From Octopus bimaculoides (taxonomy: Eukaryota): a DNA stretch of 34,584 bases. The notes under the pieces are model-generated. The model worked only from the letters and a program-made list of their open reading frames with translations. It was not told the DNA's origin and did no database searches. Location of the stretch: positions 41,640,280 to 41,674,863 of the forward strand of contig NC_068991.1 in NCBI RefSeq assembly GCF_001194135.2. Direction: 5' to 3'. The position numbers were made by a program, and so were the translations under genes. Of this stretch, positions 1-34,584 are shown piece by piece. Each line of letters begins with the position of its first letter. The first letter of the stretch is position 1.

Positions 1-33
<33 letters not shown>

Positions 34-1173
34 GTATATATAGTAGATCACCTGTCAAATTTCACGATAATCAAATAATTATCAATGAATATATATAGAA
101 AAGACTAAGAAATAGAAATAGAAAACAGAAAATTGTTTCCTAGAGTTATCTTATCACCTGTTGATGACCAGTGATGATAATATCTTAGACTACACGGTAC
201 TTCAACCATGGACTCATCTATTCAAGGGATCGGAGAATCACTATTGCTTCCTCTATAGGTTCTGAGGTGGCGGTATTTTCTTGTCGCAAATGTGAAATAC
301 ATTGACAGCTGCTATGTGGTTCTATGGTCCGCTGCTTGTGGCTCCACGAAGTTTCAGTCGGCATCAATAAAGATTATCAATGACGACGCAGCAGTTCAAT
401 AAAGGATGTAATCACTTGCGGCTGGAAATCGTGACAGCTCATGCCGTTACGACACTTTTCATGCAATGCTAATATTTCACTGTTGTAGATGTGTTGAATA
501 TTTTAACAGTCACGACGAAACTATTTGCTGTTTAGTTGAGGTCTTTCAGTTGTGCACTACACATTCTTACTTGCTTGGCACAAGCTAGACAAGTGCAAGG
601 TCTTTTTAAAGTGAGATAGACCTAACTCTCGTTTTCATGCAACATTCCCAGTGGAAAGATGAAGTCAAGACAACTGAACAAATGCACCCTTTCACGAATT
701 TTAATGTAAAAATATGAAAGAAATTTAGCACAAACTTGTAATATAAATCTTGGATAGGAGTTAGTTTGTCACTAATTTAAGTCCAGCACATTTTGCTAAT
801 TAATGAATTAGTGACAGAGACTAAAAGAGAAAGTGCGCGCGCGCGTATGTGAGAGAGAGAAAGAGGGAGAGAGAGGGATTGAGAGAGAGAGAAGAGTGAG
901 AGAGAGAGGGAGAGGGAGAGGGAGAGAGAGAAAACAGTTCAGCAGAAGAACGTATAACAGGACTAAATGCACAGAGATTCTCATTTGTAAACGATACAAA
1001 TGGATTAACTTCACCACTGATACCTTACAACTTACTATAGGTATCTCTATCGATTTTCCGCCAAATGATGATCCAGTGCCTCTTTTTTTCCGGCTATAAT
1101 TAGGTGAGGACACGAATTCCCATGACCATTATTAATAAATTATTCGATAGCAAACCTTCATGGCGCACATTTG

Positions 1174-1179
1174 TTTATT
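1174..1179 (-). promoter_or_regulatory. Candidate polyadenylation signal AATAAA
   Basis: Plus-strand TTTATT at 1174-1179, about 100 nt after the predicted stop codon. Confidence 0.4.
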
Positions 1180-1278
1180 CACTGGTAGCATATCGTGTAG
1201 GTAGAAACATTGGCCTCATTACGTAACTATACTAATATAGTTAATGCAAATGCTTGAAACTAAGCTTTATACACCGTG

Positions 1279-26309
<25,031 letters not shown>

Positions 26310-26409
26310 AAGGGGTTTTCCTGTTTATAATAATAATAACAATAATAATAATAATGATAATAATAATAAAAATGATTATAATAATGACAATAATAATAAT
26401 AATATTTTC

Positions 26410-27870
26410 TTTATTAATTACTAAGGTTCACGAAATCCATTGGGGATGGTACAAGACAGTACAATAGGGCGTTACATAAAAGCCGTGTAGAAAGTAAAAA
26501 CAGTAATAGAATAAAATTATAACAATAATTCCCCAAAAGAGGGAAACTTCTTAGGGCCGCTTGTGGAGACCTCACAAAACCACGGTTGCCTTGACCACTA
26601 GGGCAAGTACCCTCTCCACGCCGTCCTCTTTAAACCTGTAGGTGCATGCTTAGAGTAGGCCCGTTCACTCGGGCCATTCTTGCAACATTCACCTACCTTT
26701 TAACAAAACTGCTGGGACGCAGCACTTCCCTCTCAACCCACACTTTCTTTTTTCAAGTAAAACTTGAAAAAGTTGATGAGAGCCTGGTCAAAGAGGAAAG
26801 TATCTATCTTTAGCCCTTTCAATCTGGTTCACCAAACAACCTCTTCCGCTAAGACTCTGGACAAAGAAACACTGCTTGCCCTTCCCGGCGACGGGACGAT
26901 CTTCACAATGGACTCAACCGATAACCGGATCTGTCCGACATGTGACAGCGGGTGTTCGACATAAATCCACCACGTCAGCAATACTCGGGCACTGGGTGAG
27001 GGTGCGCAGAACAGTTTCGTTGCTCTGTGCACATTTCGGGCAAGATCAGCTGACGGCACTTTCATGCTTATAGAATTTATCTCAAACCGGCAATGCCCAC
27101 TATAGCACCATCAGGCCAAGGAATTCTGGAGATTATCCATAGGACCCGGCACGAAAGTCCTCCGGAACAGACCAGCCAATTGATTCCTGTCGACACCCAA
27201 AGTCTTCCCGAGAAAATCATTGCACTTGCCCGCCACAACCTCTATAGAGCGCCTGAGTGGGACTTCCAGCGACCGCATTACTCGACTGACTGAGGACAGT
27301 GAGCGCCTGACGATACTCTAGGTGCCAGGCGCCCTGCCTCGGTCTACGCTTGATCTAGGACTATACTCAAGTCAAAGAGACGAGCTGAGGAAAATCCTGT
27401 CAAAGGAACAGCGACCACACATGCTCACTGTCAAGTAAGCGCGGGAAATGACGTAGCTTCAGCACATGTCTGTGCATCAATACACACAGCATGCCTTCCG
27501 TTCAGCAGGTGTTGACAGCAAATAGAGCGCCTGTCCAGTGGAACGCGTCCCTTCCACAGAAAGCGGAGGAGTATGCACTCCAGTTTGGTCAGACGTAAAC
27601 CGGAGCAAGGCACGACAATCAGGCAGTAATATATAATGGAGGTGATGTAAGCATTCGTCATTTCTGCCAGACCATTCAAGGATAGCTTTCTCTAGGTACA
27701 TTTCTAGGCGAGATTGGCTATCCTGTCAGTCACCTCATCCCAGTTCTTCTCCATCTGGAGATCCGGAGCAAACCAAACTCCGAGTAATTTTACTGGTCCC
27801 TCTGTCCAGCGTTGCACGACGTTATGGGACGGCATGGACTTGCTTTTCTAAGTGCTGAGCTGCAGGCACA
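26410..27870 (-). mobile_element. 5'-truncated, degraded L1/Tx1-like LINE (post-RT and C-terminal region)
   Basis: RWTEGPVKLLGVWFAPDLQMEKNWDEV...RKLSLNGLAEMTNAYI..YYCLIVVPC...LLRFLWKGRVPLDRRSICCQH; C-terminal ETL..LFCAP...ALINFFKFYLKKKVWVERE; ends in AATAAA followed by an (ATT)n tract. Confidence 0.8.
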
Positions 27871-27899
27871 CAGACCTTTATGGTTAATTTTTTTCAAGC

Positions 27900-30250
27900 A
27901 GTGAAATTTTACTGCTAAATAGTGTAGAAGAAACTACTGTAGATGAGAAGCCTAATGCAGAAGCTAGAAAATTCTGGAGTGATATTTAAGATAAGTCAGT
28001 TAATCATAATGGAGATGCAGCATTGGCTAAACAAAGTGAGGGAAGAAGTGGTTAGTGAGAAGCAGCTAGATCTAAAACTGACAAGTACATTAATGAGTAA
28101 AGTGTTAGGAGAAATACCAAACTGGAAGGGCCCAGGACCAGATTTAGTTCAAGGGTACTGATTAAAAAAATTTAGTAGCTTACATGGCAGACTGAAGGAT
28201 TGCCTGATTGAAAGATGACGAGAATTGGATGACTAGGAGAATAGTACATAAAAGACAAAAGCAATATATCTAGTAATTATTGATCAATCACTTGCTTACC
28301 AATTAGTGTGGAAGCTGTTAATAGGAATGCTCTAAGAAAACATTTACAAGCACCTTGACAGCCAGAATTTACTGTCAAAAGAACAAAAAGATTGTAGAAA
28401 GAAGGCTAGAGGAACGCATGATCTATTGTATATAGATAAAACAGTTCTAAATGAAGTGAAATCTCGAAAGATAAATTTAATAATAGCATGGAAAGATTAT
28501 AAGAAAGCCCATGACATGATTCAACACTCGTGTATAAGTGAATGTTTCAGAATATTCAGTTTTGCAGACAACATAAGAGAGTGAATTTGCTATAGTATAA
28601 AGAAATGGAAGGTAGATCTCTACTCAGGTGATACAGCCATAGGGTAAGTTAATATCAAGAGACGAATTTTCCGTGGAAACTCGTTATCTCTTTTAATATG
28701 TGTTATGTTTTATTCTCTGCAATTTTTTAAGAAAGGCGAAGGCTGGGTATCAGTTTAGAGATAGTAAAGGACAAATTAACCATTTTCTATACATGAATGA
28801 TCTAACGCTTTTTAGTAAGAATAAAAACGAGACAAATTCCTGAATACTAACTGTAAAACTCTCCAGCAAAGGTACAAGCATGGAATTTGGCATAGATAAG
28901 TGCGCAATATTTGTCATAAAAAAAGGGGACAAGTAGTCAACAGCGAAGGCATGCAATTATCAGATAGTCAGACATTAAAATCCCTGAAAGACGGAGAAAG
29001 TTATTAGTATCTAGGAATATTAGAATCTGACCTAGTACTAGCTATAGAAATGAAAGAGAAAAGTGAGAAGGAATACAGCAGAAGGGTAAGGAAGCTAATG
29101 AAGTTAATGAAGTCAAAGCTAAATGGTCCGAATCTAGTGGAGGCTGTAAATAGTTGGGCAGTATCATACTTAGATATTCAGCAGCTTTTGTAGATTGGAC
29201 AAAATCTGAATTAGTAAAGCTAGATAGAGGAACTAGGAAAGAATTCAATATGAATGGAGGACTTGATCCAAGAGTAAGAGTTACAAAATTATATTTACCT
29301 AGAAAGGAAGGTGGTAAAGTTTTAATCTGTAGAAAACTGTGTTGAGTTGTCCAGAATAGATACAGCCTCCTTTGTAGGTAATAGTGAGGGCATTTTATTA
29401 AAAACTGCTACAGTAACAGTAGGAGATAGGGAAACTAAAATCCAAATGTAGTTACAAACCAGAAAAATGAAGCAAGATTATCTAACTGGCAAGAGAAGAC
29501 CTTGCATGATAGATTTCCAAAGATAGTTGCAGAAAACAACAATAGCGAGACATGGTTGTTGTTGCAGAAAGGAAGGCTGAAAAGGGACACAAAAGTTGGT
29601 TGGTAGCTGCACAATATCAAGTATTACGAACTGATTCGATAAAAGCCAAGATAAGCAAAAACCGGGTAGATTCCCAATGTAAATCAAAAGACGAAAGAGT
29701 TACTCATATAGTTAGCGAATGTAGCAGAAAGAAGACCTGAAAAGACATGATAACTTAGGGAGAATAATCTACTGGGAGTTATGTAGAAAGCTAGGTTTTG
29801 ACCATACTGATAAGTGGTATGAACATAAGTCTAATAAAGTGCTAGAAAGTGAGAAATATAAAATATTGTGGGATTTTAACATTTAGACTGACAGAGTAAT
29901 AAAAGCTAGAAGGCCTGATTTAGTAGTAGTAGACAAGAAGAATAGAAAGTGCCAGGTAATTGACTTTACGATCCCAAATAATGAGAAAGTCAATATGAGA
30001 GGTATAGAGAAAATAGCAAAGTACTAAGACCTAACCATTAAGTTACAAAGACTATGGAAAGTGCGGGTAAAATGTATTCCTGTAGTTATAGATTCATTAG
30101 GAACTAACCCTAAAGATTTGAACAAATGGACAGAGGAAATAGGCATAAAACTTAGTTTAGTGCAGCTCCAGAAAACTATTATCAGGGACACCTTGGATAC
30201 TTAGAAAGGTTCTTGGCAGCTAAGGTTACTTGTTGTAGCCCGATATTAGA
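27900..30250 (+). mobile_element. Long degraded R4/Dong-like non-LTR retrotransposon (RT, zinc knuckle, RLE)
   Basis: Frameshifted motifs IPNWKGPGPDLVQGY, ITCLP, EQK.CRK..RGT.DLLYIDK, DYKKA.D, FRGNSLS, NHFLYMNDL, YLGILE, ERVTHIVSEC, KILWDFNI.TD...ARRPDLVVVDKKNRKCQVIDFTIPN. Many stop codons. Confidence 0.85.
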
Positions 30251-30290
30251 GGTATTTTTTCCAGCAGTGTAATATGTTGTGCGTATATGC

Positions 30291-30339
<49 letters not shown>

Positions 30340-30342
<3 letters not shown>

Positions 30343-30736
30343 CCTGGACTTGCCCCATAATAAAAACTGATGGGAACACAAACCACTCCCAGTACTTGAA
30401 AATGATCAAATCGCACTCCTCTGGAACTTCACCATTCAAACTGACAGAAAGATAGATGCAAATAGGCCAGACATCATACTGAAAGACTTCAGACAAAAAT
30501 CATGCCTCCTCATTGATATGACTGTCCCAATCGATATAAACGTATCTGTCAAGACCTACCAAAAACTGAGCAAATATAAAGACCTTGAAATAGAAATTAG
30601 CAAAATGTGGAATCTGAAGACGAAAACAATACCTATTGTCATAGGTGCCCTGGGAATGACAGCGAAACGGGCTGATTACTACCTAGCTCAGATACCAGGA
30701 AACCCCAAAATGGCTGAAGTTCAAAAGATAGTGCTC
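30340..30736 (+). mobile_element. R4/Dong-like 3' fragment (RLE domain), relatively intact
   Basis: WEHKPLPVLENDQIALLWNFTIQTDRKIDANRPDIILKDFRQKSCLLIDMTVPIDINVSVKTYQKLSKYKDLEIEISKMWNLKTKTIPIVIGALG...VQKIVL; (AAT)n on both sides (right side beyond the gap). Confidence 0.88.
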
Positions 30737-30871
30737 NNNNNNNNNNNNNNNNNNNNNNNNNNNNNNNNNNNNNNNNNNNNNNNNNNNNNNNNNNNNNNNN
30801 NNNNNNNNNNNNNNNNNNNNNNNNNNNNNNNNNNNNNNNNNNNNNNNNNNNNNNNNNNNNNNNNNNNNNNN

Positions 30872-30958
<87 letters not shown>

Positions 30959-30989
30959 TAGCCTCTGTAACTTAATGGCTAGGTCTTAG

Positions 30990-31895
30990 TACTTTGCTAT
31001 TTTCTCTATAAGTACCATGCCCAACAAAACCGGGAGCGGATATGAGATCAAGAAGAAAAAAGGGAGTCATCTGTTCTACATGGATGATCTGAACATGTAC
31101 TAAAAAAATGACGAACAACAAGAAGGTCTACTTGCTTCGGTTAAAAAGTTCAGTGATGATATAAGGATGCAATTTGGACTGGAGAAATGCGCGAAAGCCA
31201 CTTTCATAAGAGGTAAATTGGCATGTTCTGCGGATATCCACGTAGATACAGAAGCAAGAATCCGAGCACTGGACCAGGAAGAAACATATAAATACCTTGG
31301 CATAGACGAAAGTAACGGCATAAAACATTCAGCGATGAAAGAAAAGATTAGAAAAGAGTACTACAGGAGAGTACGGTTAGTAACAATGACTGAACTCAAC
31401 GCTGCAAACAAAATAGAAGCCATTAACACTCTTGCAGTACCAACCGTAGCTTATAGTTTCAACATAATCAACTGGCAAATAAGCGAAATAAAGAAGCTAG
31501 ACTCCAAGACCAGAAAACTACTAACCATGGCTCGAATGAACCACCTAAAAGCGGACGTGATCAGGATTTCAGGGAGAAATGTGTCCATTAAAAAGTTGAG
31601 TACTTATTTAAGTACAAAGACCTAGATATAGAAGTGACCAAGATCTGGGGAATGAAAAGTAGCACAGCACCAGTGGTGATTGGAGCGTTAGGGCTAATTA
31701 AAAAGGGCCTTGATAAGCAGCTCAACAAACTCTCTTGCAGTGTTAACTTGGGAGAACTTCAGAAAATAGCGTTACTAGGTTCCGTACATATTTTACGCCG
31801 TGTACTCTTCATAAGATGAGGACCTGCTGTAACCCTAGGTTCAAGGACTGACTCCGGTTCATTAGAAGACAACGGACCATATTTTATTTAAGTAA
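30990..31895 (+). mobile_element. Internally deleted R4/Dong-like element (RT C-terminal half joined to RLE tail)
   Basis: HLFYMDDL...MQFGLEKCAK...YKYLG...NAANKIEAINTLAVP...DSKTRKLLTM..NHLKADV then abruptly NVSIK...KYKDLDIEVTKIWGMK...PVVIGALG...LQKIALLGSVHILRRVL*; ends in a TAAA/AAT tail. Confidence 0.82.
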
Positions 31896-31929
31896 ATAAA
31901 TAAATAAATGAATAATAATAATAACGAAA

Positions 31930-34245
31930 GCAAGAGAAATATCACTAAGAGGTGGGTGAGGGAAGAGGGATATTGAGATACTGTGTTAGTAGGAACAAAA
32001 CAACCAAATACTACTGGGGACGAATGGCCCTACAGCCTGAAGCAAACAGCTTCTTATCTCCAGCAAAAAGAGGACAGTATTAGGAATATGAGCAAAATGA
32101 AGAGCAATTGGAAAGCAGCAGGATTTGATGGTGTACAGGATTTGGGGATGAAAAAGTTCAGTAGGTGCAATAAATCGATTGCAGAGCAATTTAATGCATT
32201 GATTGATGGAGCAGAAGTAATTCCAGGGTGGTTGACCAAAGGACGAACAGTGTTCTGTGTGCTTGAAGAATGTATCGAAAAGAAATGATGCCGAAATTAC
32301 AGGCCAATTTCTTGCCTTCCATTAATGTGGAAGTTACTGTCAGCATGGATTGCAGAAGAAACGTACAAATTTCTTGATGATAACAGCATTTTACCAATGG
32401 AACAAAAAGGTTGTAGGATGAGATGCAAAGGTACCAAAGACAAATTATTGATAGACAATATGGTAATGCAAGATTGTAAGTGAAGGAGCATAAATTTGGG
32501 AATGGTCTGGATTGATTACCGCAAAGCTTACGATATGATTACATATTCGTGGATCATTGGGTGTTTGGATGTGTTTGTTATTGAGTTGACATCGTACGGA
32601 CAAAACTTGAATACCCTGGGCTTCAGGAGAGGGATTTTCCGAGGAGATAGCTTATCTTCGTTGCCTTTTGTACTTTGCATGATCCCTCTGACCTTGGTGG
32701 TTGAAGAAAGTGAGCCTGGGATATCGGCTAATGGGAAAAAACACAAAAAAAATCAACCTCTTCATGGATGATTTGAAGCTGTATGGCAAGGATGATTTGA
32801 AGTTGTAGGGCAGGGATGAAGTACAAGGGAGTTCCTTGGGGAACACGGTCCACTGTTTTAGTACCGTTTAGATGGAATTCAGAGTCAAGAAGTGTGGTGT
32901 AATGAACCTGAAAAGAAGCAAGATACAGTCCCTTGTAGGGATAGAATTACCAACTAGAGAAGTGATGAAACAAATTGAAAAGGAAGGCTATAAGTATCTT
33001 GGCATACTAGAGTTCAATGAAATCATGGAGAAGGAAATGAAAGAACAACCGAAGAAAGAGTATTTCTGAAGACTAAGATTGGTGTTGTGCTCAAAATTGA
33101 ATAAAATCCAAGCAGTTAGCATCACTTCGGCATGTAGCTGGAATCATAAGCTGGTAAAAGAAAGAACCGATGAGTATGGATATGAAGACACAGAAACAAT
33201 TGGCAGTGCATGGAGTATTTCATCCAACGAGTGACACTGATAGGTTGTATTTGTCTAGAAAAAGTGGGGGAGCGGTTTGATCAGTTATCAGGATTGTGAT
33301 GATGTAGAGCAAAACAGCATTGAGTGGTATGTAAAAAATGCCGTGGAACCGTTGCTGATACATGTGAAGAAGTCCGATATTATCAAAATGAATAATTGTG
33401 TTAAGAAAGAGAAATTTAAAGAGGAAAAGAACATGAAAAAAGAAATGATATAGAAAAAGAAAAAATGTACGGCCAGTTTGCAAGAGATACGAGCTCCATG
33501 ACAGACATAGAAATCCAGTAGTTGAGGATGCGGAGGTGACCTAAAGATAGAAACAGAAGCGCTTATATCCGTGGCACAAGAATAAGCATTGAGGACAAAC
33601 TACGTGAAGTGCAGAATTGATAAAACAACTGAGAATGCAGAATGTTTGGAGAGAAGGGTGAAACAGTATGGCACATTGTCAATGAATGCCCGAAATTGGC
33701 ACAACGTGAATACAATAAAAAAAGGCATGACAGTGTGACAAGAATAATCCATTGGGAAATTATGGCTTAGGAAGACGTGGTATGACAAATCCCAGAAGAA
33801 GTTACTGAAAACGAAGACAGCAAAATCGCATGAGATGCAATATTAAGTGTGACCATCAGATTAGACATCGGAAACCTGACATTCTTGTGGTGAATAGAAA
33901 AGAAAGAAAAAACATGCCTCACAGTCGACATAGCATGTCCTCATGACAACAGGATCAAAGAGAAAGAAGTAGTGAGAAATACGCAGGTTGTGGGCAATGA
34001 AGAGTGTGGACGTGATACCAATAATGATTGGTGCGCTTGTAAGTATCAACACTCAACTACTAAGGTGGCACAAATGTAAAGATAGAACATCTACAAAAAT
34101 AGGCATTCCTTGGAACTGCAAGAGTTCTCCGTAGAGTTCTCGAAGCATGATCAATAAACAAGTGTCGCTTAAGTCTGGTGGCTGTGAGCAACCGACACTC
34201 TCTATCATACCCAGCAAAAGAAACTGAGAGTTTTCATCAAATAAT
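31930..34245 (+). mobile_element. Another long degraded R4/Dong-like element (RT to RLE)
   Basis: [136 protein letters not shown]. Many frameshifts. Confidence 0.85.
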
Positions 34246-34249
34246 AATT

Positions 34250-34260
34250 ATAATAATAGC

Positions 34261-34339
<79 letters not shown>
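34250..34339. repeat. (AAT)n microsatellite (others at 16015-16083, 23465-23551, 26327-26405, 30291-30339, 30872-30958)
   Basis: Direct reading. Confidence 0.95.
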
Positions 34340-34584
34340 GTCACACAGCAATGCCAAATAATAATATAAACACTGAGATAGCAAAACACGAGGACAAACG
34401 TAACATTCCCCGCAAAAACGAAGTAAACAAAAAACAACAAACCCAGACCGTAGAGATGTATAATAGTGTACAAAAAGCACCAATCCAGAACACCACAGAC
34501 AAACATATGAATGAAAAGGAAGGCAAAACAAATATAAAGCCTGGAAATAACGAAGGGAAACCTAATAATTACGATACTATGAAA

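Noticed and set aside
808-1113. ORFs 808-1113 (-) and 833-1099 (+)
   Set aside because: Largely encoded by a (GA)n tract, with no domain signature or convincing splice context; lie downstream of the predicted poly(A) signal.

Overview
Eukaryotic, AT-rich, microsatellite- and gap-rich genomic DNA; the repeat content looks like an octopus draft assembly (inference from recalled repeat families, not a database search). The main feature is a spliced minus-strand gene that the ORF track shows only in fragments. It has nine coding exons: 26309-26060, 11610-11479, 10501-10370, 9068-8919, 6863-6699, 5813-(gap at 5760), 4859-4704, 1991-1836 and 1301-1279. All introns are GT-AG and phase 1. The predicted secreted protein (~440 aa) has a signal peptide, one six-Cys peritrophin-A/CBM14 chitin-binding domain, seven one-exon Cys-rich modules (C-x18-C-x2-C-x-C-x7-C-x-K-x2-C; pacifastin-like or VWC N-terminal half) and a short basic tail. 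One module has lost exactly one Cys pair, and all five complete six-Cys modules keep Lys at the pacifastin P1-equivalent position. The rest of the window is decayed transposons: R4/Dong-like RLE LINEs at (AAT)n, L1/Tx1-like and RTE fragments, tRNA-derived SINEs, MITE-like elements and an unclassified ~530-bp AAT-flanked repeat. There are nine N gaps. No prokaryotic features, rRNA or CRISPR arrays were seen.
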